20,000 bases of DNA from an uncultured virus (IMG/VR IMGVR_UViG_3300027708_000054). Lineage: Duplodnaviria; Heunggongvirae; Uroviricota; Caudoviricetes. Shown in pieces: positions 1-9,531 of this stretch. Below the pieces are notes generated by a model. That model ran no database searches and had not been told where the DNA came from. It saw only the letters and a program-made list of their open reading frames with translations. Position 1 is the first letter of the stretch, and the number at the start of each line of letters is the position of its first letter. The stretch lies in IMG/VR virus record IMGVR_UViG_3300027708_000054, one strand, 5' to 3'. The position numbers were made by a program, and so were the translations under genes.

Positions 1-2
1 TT

Positions 3-3000
3 GCTACAACTAATGATGATAAGTCTGAAGGAAATGTTTCTTTTAAATCTCCTAAAGGTAGAGTGTTCTTACGTATACCAGGACAAGGACTTGTTAGATT
101 ATTTAATAAGAAGTTTAGTAAAACAGAATCAGAAACTATTTTTGATGCTATGTTAAACTTAGCTAAAAATGCTTCTGAAAATGGATCATTATATGGTAAT
201 GATAAAGAAGATGTTAATAAGAATATTTTAAACTGGTTAAAGAGTGTTGTATATTGGGGTATTGCAAAAGATAAAGAAGGAAAGAGAAAACCTGCTGGAT
301 ATAACAATATTTGGTTTGATAATGTATTAGTAGATGGTAAACCAGTTAAGAAGTTATTCATGTCTGGTCTTCAAAAAGATTCTCAAAGTTATTTTGATTT
401 TACTCCTCAAGGTTTAATTAATAGTAAACAAGATATTCTTGGATTGCTAGAGCAAATGTATGCTAATACAGATGCTAAAAAAGTAAACATTGATAATTAC
501 AATGCTCCTTATGATGAGATATTAAGATTTGATAACTTAGGTAACCCTGTTACAAGAACATGGCCTAATTACCAAACATATTTATTATCATCAAACATTG
601 TAGATAAAGATGGAAATATTACAGGTAAGAGAACAGGAAAAGAAATTCCTCTTACTACACAAGTAAGACCTTTAACATCTGCAGAAGATACAAATAGAAA
701 AGGTGTTTATTTTACATTAAATAGTTCAGTGGAATATAATGTACCTGCAGCACCTGTAGCAGCTCCTGCAATGGTTGTACCAGCACCTGTTGCCACTGCA
801 CAAGCCCCTGTAGCTACACCAGTTGTTAAACAGCAACAACCTACCACTCCTGGTAAATATGATTTAAATGGAACAACAGAAAACAAAATTGTTATAGGTG
901 GAAAACCAGATGGTAAAGGTGGCATCACTCCTATATATAATATAAACTTTACATTTGATATTAGTAAAATATCAGAGTTTTTAAAAGGACTTACAGATTT
1001 CACTAGTCTATATGAAAATGGTGGATTGACTAAAGAATTTTTAAATGTTCTTAAAGATAATAAAGTAGTAACATATATTGATGTAGCAGATAATACTAAT
1101 GGTATTTCAGCTTTTGTATCAGCAGTAGGTGAAAATATAGCAGAAGCAGTTTCTTTAAATAAAATATTTGAAGCTGTTGCTCCACAAGTAGTGGCAGAAA
1201 TGATTCCTGTTCAACCAGCAATAGCTGATGAAGCTCCTCAGGCTCCAGCTCCTACAGCTGCTACATTTACTCCAACAACACCTTATGGCACACCTACAGG
1301 ACCAGAGTTAACAACTGCTTCTACCTCTGATATAGAAGCTAAGAAAGCTGAAGCTGATAAACTTACTCCTATTGAACAAAACTTTGCAGATGGTCAAGGT
1401 GGACGTAAAATGCAATCTAAGTTTGAAGGTAAATCTACTATGGATTTAATTCTTTCTGGAGATAGAACTAGAACTACTCGTGCTAATACTGATATACAAA
1501 GAATGTTAAAAGACTATGGTCTTACTAAAATTGAAGATTTAGTTGGTAAGGTTATTCGTATGACAGATAAAAAAGGTAGAACTGTTTATACTGAAATTAC
1601 AAAAGTTGCTCCTTTTACAAAAGAATACCAAGATGCTACTTGGCAAAAAGAAGGATGGGAAAAAGAAGTAACAGATAAATTAGTAGGACAATATCCTTAT
1701 GCTATAGAATTTAAACTAGCTGCTTTAGAAGGTAGTGTAGAAGAAGAAGTAGTTACTCCTGAAGAAGTTACAACTGAACTTCCTACAGATTTTATTGATT
1801 TAGATGATTTAGATGATGATGATGTAGATACAAGTGCAATGAGAGTTGCTCAGCTTATTGATAAACTTAATCAATTTAAACCAGAGCAATGGAATAAAGT
1901 GGAAGAAGCAATGGCTAAAATGCTTCCTAACATTCCTTTCTATAGAACTAAAAATATAATAAAAGGTACTAACGGTAGACAAGCATGGGGTATGCTTCAT
2001 GATGCTGCTATATATGTATATGAAGGTGCAGAAGAAGGAACAGCTTACCATGAAGTGTTTGAAGCTGTGTGGAAAATGTTTGCTGGACCAGCTCAAAAAC
2101 AAGCTATTATTAATGAGTTCAAAAGAAGAAAAGGAACATTTGTAGATAGAGAGTCTGGTAAAACTATTGAATATAAAAATGCTACAGCTTTTCAAATCAA
2201 AGAACAATTAGCTGAAGAGTTTAGAGAAGCAGTTCTTAAAGATAAACTAGGACTTCCAAAAGAATCAAAAACTTTAATAGGTAGATTGTTTTCTCAATTA
2301 ATAGATTTCATCAAAGCTTTCTTTACAGGAGAAACTGCTCAACGTAATACCAAAGAATTATTTAATAATATTGGTAATGGGTATTATGCACAATTTAATC
2401 CTTATCAATCACAATTATCATATGCTAAAAAAGGAATTATAGATATTGAAGATGCTCAAGCTACAGCTGATTCTGAAATGAGATCATTAACAATTCCTGA
2501 GATTGAAATGCATGATATAATTCAACACATGACATTCTTGACATTGACTAAACTATCTCTTAATAATGAGAGTGTATTCACTGTTAATGATTTAAATGAA
2601 TCTGAATTGTATCCAGAATTAAAACTAGGTATATTAAAACTTCTTGCTAAACAAAACAAGTTAACAGCTAAATTAGTAGCAGAAGGAAAAACAACACAAG
2701 AGAAAGCTACAAGATTAATAAATAATAATAAATCTTTATCTATTAACATTCAAAATGAATGGGCTCAAATCACTGCTAATCATAAAGCACATTTAAAAAC
2801 ATTTGATGTTCAATTTGATGAGAATGATGAAGACATATTAAACAGTGAAGAGAATACTGGTAGAGGAGAATTTGAAGCAGCTAACAAAATAGATTCATTT
2901 AGAAAAGCTAATGCTGCATTGAAACTTGTATTGAGTACTATTCCTATTACAGAAATGGTAGATGGAAGTATAAATTGGCAACCTTCTTCTATAGGAGGAG

Positions 3001-6000
3001 TTACACTTATCCCTGCAGAACAAATACACATTGATTTAAAAGCTAAGTTACATGGTTCTATGGATATAGAAGATATGTTATTAGGACTTAAAACAATGGC
3101 AGAAAACAATCCTAACTACAATGCTTTATTTAGAAGACTAACAGGTAACTCAGCTGATGTAGGATTAGATATAAACACTATACAAGAACATGATTTTCAA
3201 TTAGCTTCAGCATTATGGAAATCTATAAGTATGCAAAACCCTGATGTAATCACTGTATTCTTACAAGAGGATGGTGATGTAGTTGTTAGTAATTCTACGC
3301 TTAGTAGTGCAGCTAAATCAGCTAAAAAAGAAATGATTAATAACATTATATCTACATTAAAGAATGATCAATCTATCTATTTTAGATATGTTTCTTCTAC
3401 AGGTAAATATTATGCTAAAGATAATTTAAAAGCATTATCATTTGATGGAAGTTTATTAAAACCATATACTGATTTTCTTAAACAACTTGGTATAGAATTT
3501 AATGAAAGAGATCTTGTAGATTTGAAACCAGACCAACTTGCAGCATTTAAAAAATCAGTAAGTGATATTAAAAATGAACTTTCTAAGGTGGGTGATAGTA
3601 AGATTGTTAAAGATGAAAACAATAATGATGTAGAAGAAGATGGTGGTATAAAATCTATTAGTACTAAAACATTAAACATTGATGGAGATTTACTTAGACT
3701 TGCTATTGTAAAAGCTGTTATTGATAATACAGAATTTCAATCTACATATTTCAATATTAATGGAGAACGTACACAATCATTCATTGGAACTAATCTTATC
3801 AGTGCTTTACATAACACTCTATCTAAATTAAGAAATATAGAAGAGTTACAAAACGATCCTAGATATAAAAGGTTTGCTTACTTAGCTGCAGGTAATGATG
3901 TATTTGTACAAGGAAGTCAACTATTAAGAAAGATGTTTGATATAGTTGGACCAGATAGTACAGGAAAACGTAGAGCTGGTACTGAAGATATTGGAAAACC
4001 TGTTATTGTAGATGGTATAGTAGATGAACAAACTGGTAAGAAAAAAGAAGCTTCTAAAGTTACATATAGACAAAGACTTATTCAAGAATTAAATCTTAAT
4101 ATATCTGGTATATTTATGAATCTTGTTCCTGGCGATGCTTCTCTTGAACATGCTATTAGAATGTTTAATCAAAAAGATCCATTTGTTTCAGAAAGTGATT
4201 TATCTAACAAGAACTATTTAGATATATTCAAAGATTATTTTGTGTCTGAAGTGGAACTTGTTAAAGAGAATAGAAATACAGCAAAAAATAATGGTAAAGA
4301 TCTTCGTTTCTTCAAAGCTATTCTAGGAGAAGAGATGCATAAAAAGATTGCAAATAAAATTAATGATGAAACTGATGCTGAGCAATTGTATAAAGATAAT
4401 GCACAAGCTATAAACTCTGCAGTGGAAGCATTTATTAAACAAGATACAGCAGATACAGAAGAATTATTAAAAGCATATGATATTATCACTACAGAAGATA
4501 GTATAATTAATATAGATAAGGTGGCATTGTTTAATAAAGAAGAAACTATTACACAAGAAGGATTAAACTCAAAACTAAAAGCATTAACTATTAACTATAT
4601 GATAGCTAATATAGAAATGCATAAAGTTTTATATTCAGATCCTTATCAATATAATGATGAGCTTAAACGTATTAAAAACTTTACATCTCCTGGACAACCA
4701 TTAGTTCCTAGTTCACAAGCAATAGATGCTAGACTTAATGAGCTTTATAACAAAGGATTTAAACCTGGTGATATTGGTTATACAGATATGACACAAGATC
4801 ATTTTAGATCTATAGCTTTACAAGATGTATTAAGTACAAATGAAAACTTAGGATATGATGTTCCTTATGAAGAAACAGATGGTGGTGGATTAATTACACT
4901 TAAAGGATATAGAGTGTTTGCTTTAAGAGCTGGTACATGGACAGCTAATAATGAAAAACAATATAGATTTGATATAGCATTTGAAGAATTAGTTAAATCA
5001 GGTGCTAATGAAACTACTATTAAAAAATTCCTAAAAGGTAATCCAGGAATCAAAGATACATACACACCTATTAAACCTATTGTTAGAGGAAGTAAAGATA
5101 ATGGTAGAACTTACAATGATATTGTTCTTCACAAATTTGCACTTGCTCCATTATCATTTAGAATACTTTATGAGTTAAATCCTGATTCTAATGCAATCAA
5201 GTTATATAACAAGATGCAAAAAGAGAATATAGATTATGCTGTATTTGCTTCAGGAAGTAAAGTGGGAACAGAAAAGATATCTCCTTTATATAATGCAAAA
5301 GGTGAGTTTGATAATACACCATTTGAAGATGCTAGAGAAAAGAAAGGTAACTTACCTGATAATGTTAAAAGAGCTGTAAGTAATATACCATTTACTATTG
5401 TAGCTGTACAATCAGAGGTCCCTTCTAAAGACACTCCAACTGTTACACAAGGATCTCAGATTACTAAACTTGCTACAATGGATTATTTACAATCTGGTGT
5501 ACCTATTGATTTTATGCCAGAGCTTCCTACATTTGAAGAAAGATTTTCTGAATGGTTAGGTCTTGATGATAAGTCAAGTTATAATGAAGGAAAGAATATT
5601 TATAATGAAATTGTAAACAATCAAAAACTATTAGAAGCTAGAATTGAAGATGGTATACAATCTCTATATAAGAAACTTGGTATTGTAGAAACTACAAATG
5701 AAGAAGGAGATAAAAAATGGGTAATAGAAGATAGAGATAAGTTAGTTAAAACTCTTACTGAAGAAATTGGTAAAAGAGAAATCAATTATAATATTACAGA
5801 TGCTTTTGCAGGATTTGTAAAAGGTGATGTTATATTAGAAGCTACTCCTGTATACCAACAAGTTAGAAACATTCTTTATTCTATAGCTGATAAAACTATT
5901 GTACGTCCTAAAATATCTGGAGGTATGAAGGTGCAAGTATCTTCTGCATTATTAGAATCTGTAAGAGCAGTAGGAAAACCTGTATTAGATGATAAAGGTA

Positions 6001-9000
6001 AACAAGTATTTAATAAAGATGGTAGTCCTAAATTTACATATGAATCCACTGAACTAGAATTCTATAAGAATGAAGATGGTAAGAGAGTATGTGAGATAAT
6101 GATTGGTAGATGGTTTAAATCAAATAAAACAGATAAAGAGTTAATGGATTATTTTAATAATGATCCAGAGGGTAAGAAAGAATTTGCAGCTCTTATGGGT
6201 GTAGCATTTCGTATTCCTACACAGAAACAAAACTCTATTGATGTATTCAAGATAAAACAATTTCTTCCTAAAGACTTTGGAGATTCAGTAATTATTCCTT
6301 CAGCTCTTGTTAGAAAAGCAGGATCGGATTTTGATATTGATAAATTATCAATCTATTTGAAAAATGTATTTACAGATTCTCAAGGTAAAATAAGAGTGGT
6401 TCCATTTTTAGGAATTGGTCAAGAAGCTAAAGATAATTTCTACAAATTATTTGATGAAGGTAAGTTATTATCTAAATCACAAATAAAAGAATTAAATGAT
6501 GAATTAGAATTATATAAGTCTGGTAAACTAGAAGGTAAACTTATAGAAGCTATTTTTGGTGATGCAGGTTTATTTACTGAAGAAGATGTATTAACAGACT
6601 TTATTGAAACATTAAAAGAAAATGGTATTAGAGAATCTGTTGTAGATAAATTTTACAAACAATCTTTAGAAAATGCTTATATACAATCTTTAGAAAATCT
6701 TATATCTAATCCATTAAACTATGATAACTTAGTTAAACCTAATGATGCAACACCATTGAAAGATCTTTCTGATGATGTTCAAAGAGAAATGGGTTATGCT
6801 AAAGCTGATTTTGGTAATGTAGGTAATATGTTAAGCAGAAGATTTATGTCTAGTTTAAGACAATCTTTTGTTGGAGGTAAAGCTGCATTAGGTATTGCTG
6901 CACAAGCACAAACAGGAAATGCTCAAAGACAACGTAGTGTTACCTATATAGATGTAGATAGATTAGAAGGAGATTTAATAGATGAACAAGATAAAATCAT
7001 TCTTGGATATAATTCTAATTCTAATATATTTGCTAAAGATACAAACATTAACTTCCAAGAATATAATTCTGCAATGGTTAATGGAAAAGTTAGACCAATG
7101 CTTTCATGGATTAAAAACAAAGCAGGAGAATATATATCAGATATTACTGGAATGTTTATTGATGGATATGTGGATATTTCTAAAGGTGACTGGATTATTA
7201 AACTTGGAGCAACTACTAATGTAGCTTCTACATGGTTGTTCTTAACTAATTTAGGTGTGCCTATTAAAACTATAGCATATTTTATGAATCAACCTATTAT
7301 AAAAGACTACTTACGTGCTATTGAAAACAAAGGATATTCTTGGTTGTATATAGAAGATATGATAGAAGATAAACTAGATGCTTACAGTCCTAGTAAAGAG
7401 TTTATAAAATCAGGAACAACTATTAAAGGTATTCCTTCAGAGACAGAGTTATACAAAATGCTTAAGTATAATAATGCAGTTTCTAAAAAAGATATGTCAG
7501 ATCTTCAAAAGCTACAACAACAATATATGTTGAAAGAGTTTTTGAAATATGCTAAGATGTCTTCTCACTTGTTTAATGTATCACAAGCTTCTAACTATGA
7601 TACAGCTAATCTTAATGATCCATATTTAGTATTTAAGAAAATAATTCAATTAATAAAAGCTAGACGTACAATCATCTCTTCTGTAGATGATATCATTGAT
7701 GCATCATTTATAAAAACATTAAAAAATATAATGTTTGATTATAGAGATGCTTTTGCTGAAATACTAATGTCAGATAGAGGAAATGTTAGACAAGTGTTAC
7801 AAAATGTTTTAGAACCATATACAAATATGTCTGATAGAGATTTTGTTAAGCTTTCACAAAAAGCTGTAAATGATCTTTTTGATTGGGCTGTACAAACTAA
7901 TTCTAATGTTAATACAAAAATAACATCAGTATTACTAGGAACAGAAACAGAGAAATCTGCAGCTGAACAAATTATTGATTATAGAGACTCTATATTAGGT
8001 AATCCTATAAAAGGAATAGCTCCTAAACCAGAACATAAGTTATTCAATAACATTATTCTTAACTCATTATCTATAGATCAAGATGATAGAAAAGGAGGTA
8101 AAAAAGGTGCTCCTATTAATCTTATATTAAATAATAGAGATAACAAAGTGTTTGATCAAAACTTAACTATATATGGATTCAATGAGTTGAGAGAAACATT
8201 AAAAGAAGAAGATAATTTAAAACTATATGGTAAGTTAACTAGACTTGCGCTATTGCAATCAGGATTAACTAATTCCCCTATATCATTTACTAATCTTCTT
8301 CCTTATGAAGATTTTAAAGGATTGTATAATGAAACCTTGTCTATATTAGAAAATCTTCCTAACTTAGCACAGTTTCAAGAACTAAATGTTTTTGAAAGAA
8401 ACAATTGGAATAATAGTGATGTAGTTACATACAAAAGAGCTAAATTATATTTTGGAGAAGATAGAAATGGTGATAAGTATGTATCTAATTTAGATAGAGA
8501 TACATTAGTTAAGCCATTAAAAACTGCTGTAAGAAATAATGTCATTCCTAAATTAGTTGGAATTAGTCCTATGTCAGAAGCTGGTAGATCAGATTTTATA
8601 GTTTATTCTTATGAAGATTATATTTCTAATGAGAAAAGAACAATAAGAAGAAAGAATGGTAATACAGATCACCAACATAAAATGTTAATGCAGAAGGTGT
8701 ATACAACAGATGCTAATAATAAAAGAGTTCCTCTTCTTCACATCACTGAAGGAAAGAATAAAAAAGGAGAACCTGTTATTTACACTAAACATGTATACAA
8801 AGCAATCAATGCTTTAGGTGATTCATTCAGAGCTCAAGAGTTCTACACAACAAACCAACAATCAGTATTAGATAATGGATTTGATAAAGTGAATGAAGTG
8901 AAAGATGATGTTATTGTAAATATATACAAAGGTGGTTCTATTTCAACTACTTTTACAGAAAATATAAATAAAAAACCTGAAGGTACAATAAATGTATATT

Positions 9001-9530
9001 GGGGACAAGCTGAATCTGCTACTTCTACAAAAATACTTTCTAATTTAGCTCCAAGAAAGTTTAGTTATGAAAGTGTAGATGGAGTTAGTAGAGAATATGG
9101 AAGTGTAGAACATGCTTATCAATCAAATAAGAATGGTAAGTTTGATAAAGCTACTTATGATGCTTATGTAGCTAAAGGTGGATATGGTGTAAAGATAGCT
9201 CCTAAACTTACAGAAGTTGGTAAACGTGCTAATTTACAAATAATGAAAGATCTAGTAGTAGAGTCATTTATACAAAATCCTAATTCAGAAGCAAGTAAAA
9301 AACTTCTTCAGTATAAAAACTTTACACATAATACAAATGAGTTAATTGATCAAGCTTTCCTAGAAGGATTAAAATTAGCACAACGTGAATTGTTAAATAC
9401 AAAATCTGAAGGAGTGAAACTAAAAGATGGTAACACATACACTTCAGATCAATTGAATACAAAAATGCTTATGTCATTAGGATACAATATTATAGAAGCA
9501 GGAGAAATAATCAAAAATAATAAATGTTAA
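3..9530 (+). CDS. Giant virion RNA polymerase polyprotein of crAss-like phage type (5'-partial; true start lies upstream of the window)
   Basis: The frame is open from position 3 (ATTNDDKSEGNVSFKSPKGR precedes the GTG at 63), so the ORF-track start is not the real start. The catalytic DxDxD motif GSDFDIDK is at 6321-6344, preceded by FRIPTQ (6207-6224). Other motifs are ETDGGG (4872-4889), SGSKVG (~5250-5267), GSQITKL, FIDGYVDISK and FMNQPII. DFDID is the variant known from the phi14:2 gp66 / Crassvirales virion RNAP. Confidence 0.92.
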   Translation, partial: ATTNDDKSEGNVSFKSPKGRVFLRIPGQGLVRLFNKKFSKTESETIFDAMLNLAKNASENGSLYGNDKEDVNKNILNWLKSVVYWGIAKDKEGKRKPAGYNNIWFDNVLVDGKPVKKLFMSGLQKDSQSYFDFTPQGLINSKQDILGLLEQMYANTDAKKVNIDNYNAPYDEILRFDNLGNPVTRTWPNYQTYLLSSNIVDKDGNITGKRTGKEIPLTTQVRPLTSAEDTNRKGVYFTLNSSVEYNVPAAPVAAPAMVVPAPVATAQAPVATPVVKQQQPTTPGKYDLNGTTENKIVIGGKPDGKGGITPIYNINFTFDISKISEFLKGLTDFTSLYENGGLTKEFLNVLKDNKVVTYIDVADNTNGISAFVSAVGENIAEAVSLNKIFEAVAPQVVAEMIPVQPAIADEAPQAPAPTAATFTPTTPYGTPTGPELTTASTSDIEAKKAEADKLTPIEQNFADGQGGRKMQSKFEGKSTMDLILSGDRTRTTRANTDIQRMLKDYGLTKIEDLVGKVIRMTDKKGRTVYTEITKVAPFTKEYQDATWQKEGWEKEVTDKLVGQYPYAIEFKLAALEGSVEEEVVTPEEVTTELPTDFIDLDDLDDDDVDTSAMRVAQLIDKLNQFKPEQWNKVEEAMAKMLPNIPFYRTKNIIKGTNGRQAWGMLHDAAIYVYEGAEEGTAYHEVFEAVWKMFAGPAQKQAIINEFKRRKGTFVDRESGKTIEYKNATAFQIKEQLAEEFREAVLKDKLGLPKESKTLIGRLFSQLIDFIKAFFTGETAQRNTKELFNNIGNGYYAQFNPYQSQLSYAKKGIIDIEDAQATADSEMRSLTIPEIEMHDIIQHMTFLTLTKLSLNNESVFTVNDLNESELYPELKLGILKLLAKQNKLTAKLVAEGKTTQEKATRLINNNKSLSINIQNEWAQITANHKAHLKTFDVQFDENDEDILNSEENTGRGEFEAANKIDSFRKANAALKLVLSTIPITEMVDGSINWQPSSIGGVTLIPAEQIHIDLKAKLHGSMDIEDMLLGLKTMAENNPNYNALFRRLTGNSADVGLDINTIQEHDFQLASALWKSISMQNPDVITVFLQEDGDVVVSNSTLSSAAKSAKKEMINNIISTLKNDQSIYFRYVSSTGKYYAKDNLKALSFDGSLLKPYTDFLKQLGIEFNERDLVDLKPDQLAAFKKSVSDIKNELSKVGDSKIVKDENNNDVEEDGGIKSISTKTLNIDGDLLRLAIVKAVIDNTEFQSTYFNINGERTQSFIGTNLISALHNTLSKLRNIEELQNDPRYKRFAYLAAGNDVFVQGSQLLRKMFDIVGPDSTGKRRAGTEDIGKPVIVDGIVDEQTGKKKEASKVTYRQRLIQELNLNISGIFMNLVPGDASLEHAIRMFNQKDPFVSESDLSNKNYLDIFKDYFVSEVELVKENRNTAKNNGKDLRFFKAILGEEMHKKIANKINDETDAEQLYKDNAQAINSAVEAFIKQDTADTEELLKAYDIITTEDSIINIDKVALFNKEETITQEGLNSKLKALTINYMIANIEMHKVLYSDPYQYNDELKRIKNFTSPGQPLVPSSQAIDARLNELYNKGFKPGDIGYTDMTQDHFRSIALQDVLSTNENLGYDVPYEETDGGGLITLKGYRVFALRAGTWTANNEKQYRFDIAFEELVKSGANETTIKKFLKGNPGIKDTYTPIKPIVRGSKDNGRTYNDIVLHKFALAPLSFRILYELNPDSNAIKLYNKMQKENIDYAVFASGSKVGTEKISPLYNAKGEFDNTPFEDAREKKGNLPDNVKRAVSNIPFTIVAVQSEVPSKDTPTVTQGSQITKLATMDYLQSGVPIDFMPELPTFEERFSEWLGLDDKSSYNEGKNIYNEIVNNQKLLEARIEDGIQSLYKKLGIVETTNEEGDKKWVIEDRDKLVKTLTEEIGKREINYNITDAFAGFVKGDVILEATPVYQQVRNILYSIADKTIVRPKISGGMKVQVSSALLESVRAVGKPVLDDKGKQVFNKDGSPKFTYESTELEFYKNEDGKRVCEIMIGRWFKSNKTDKELMDYFNNDPEGKKEFAALMGVAFRIPTQKQNSIDVFKIKQFLPKDFGDSVIIPSALVRKAGSDFDIDKLSIYLKNVFTDSQGKIRVVPFLGIGQEAKDNFYKLFDEGKLLSKSQIKELNDELELYKSGKLEGKLIEAIFGDAGLFTEEDVLTDFIETLKENGIRESVVDKFYKQSLENAYIQSLENLISNPLNYDNLVKPNDATPLKDLSDDVQREMGYAKADFGNVGNMLSRRFMSSLRQSFVGGKAALGIAAQAQTGNAQRQRSVTYIDVDRLEGDLIDEQDKIILGYNSNSNIFAKDTNINFQEYNSAMVNGKVRPMLSWIKNKAGEYISDITGMFIDGYVDISKGDWIIKLGATTNVASTWLFLTNLGVPIKTIAYFMNQPIIKDYLRAIENKGYSWLYIEDMIEDKLDAYSPSKEFIKSGTTIKGIPSETELYKMLKYNNAVSKKDMSDLQKLQQQYMLKEFLKYAKMSSHLFNVSQASNYDTANLNDPYLVFKKIIQLIKARRTIISSVDDIIDASFIKTLKNIMFDYRDAFAEILMSDRGNVRQVLQNVLEPYTNMSDRDFVKLSQKAVNDLFDWAVQTNSNVNTKITSVLLGTETEKSAAEQIIDYRDSILGNPIKGIAPKPEHKLFNNIILNSLSIDQDDRKGGKKGAPINLILNNRDNKVFDQNLTIYGFNELRETLKEEDNLKLYGKLTRLALLQSGLTNSPISFTNLLPYEDFKGLYNETLSILENLPNLAQFQELNVFERNNWNNSDVVTYKRAKLYFGEDRNGDKYVSNLDRDTLVKPLKTAVRNNVIPKLVGISPMSEAGRSDFIVYSYEDYISNEKRTIRRKNGNTDHQHKMLMQKVYTTDANNKRVPLLHITEGKNKKGEPVIYTKHVYKAINALGDSFRAQEFYTTNQQSVLDNGFDKVNEVKDDVIVNIYKGGSISTTFTENINKKPEGTINVYWGQAESATSTKILSNLAPRKFSYESVDGVSREYGSVEHAYQSNKNGKFDKATYDAYVAKGGYGVKIAPKLTEVGKRANLQIMKDLVVESFIQNPNSEASKKLLQYKNFTHNTNELIDQAFLEGLKLAQRELLNTKSEGVKLKDGNTYTSDQLNTKMLMSLGYNIIEAGEIIKNNKC
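1371..1718 (+). other. ASCH/PUA-like domain within the giant RNAP ORF
   Basis: DLILSGDRTRTTR matches the ASCH signature GxKxxTxR with K replaced by R. It is followed by VGKVIRMTDKKGRTVYTEITKV, then QKEGW and YAIEFKL, in the expected ASCH order and length (~115 aa). Confidence 0.7.
1845..2400 (+). other. Zincin-like metallopeptidase (MPTase) domain with atypical HExxE motif
   Basis: AWGMLHDAAIYV followed by GTAYHEVFEAVW (HEVFE 2049-2063), then EQLAEEFR (~2202-2225) and LFSQLIDFIKAFF. This is the usual layout of zincins in large polyvalent and crAss RNAP-associated proteins. Confidence 0.7.
4590..7320 (+). other. RNA polymerase catalytic core (two double-psi beta-barrels, beta- and beta'-like) within the giant ORF; boundaries approximate
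   Basis: Ordered motifs KRIK..SPG, TDGGG, HKFA, SGSKVG, GSQITKL, RIPTQ, GSDFDIDK (DFDID 6327-6341), FVGGKAALGIAA and DGYVDISK. Confidence 0.85.
8982..9395 (+). other. NADAR (YbiA-like) domain near the C-terminus of the RNAP polyprotein
   Basis: ILSNLAPRKFSY...DGVSREYGSVEHAYQSNK matches the NADAR N-terminal signature LSNF..spf..dg..y.tvEHyyQa.K. The later NLQIMKDLVVESFIQNP...KKLL matches M......KF.Qn.....L. Confidence 0.75.
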
Positions 9531-9531
9531 T

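Noticed and set aside
63..65. GTG at 63 as the start of the RNAP gene
   Set aside because: The frame is open back to position 3 with protein-like sequence, so the gene is 5'-truncated.
741..1320. Pro/Ala/Thr-rich quasi-repeats (GCACCTGT-like) as a repeat array or CRISPR
   Set aside because: These are imperfect codon-level repeats encoding a flexible linker, with no constant repeat-spacer periodicity.
4590..7320. Intein or intron interrupting the RNAP core
   Set aside because: No frame break, no C/S...HN-C/S/T splice junction pattern and no LAGLIDADG or HNH motif was seen.
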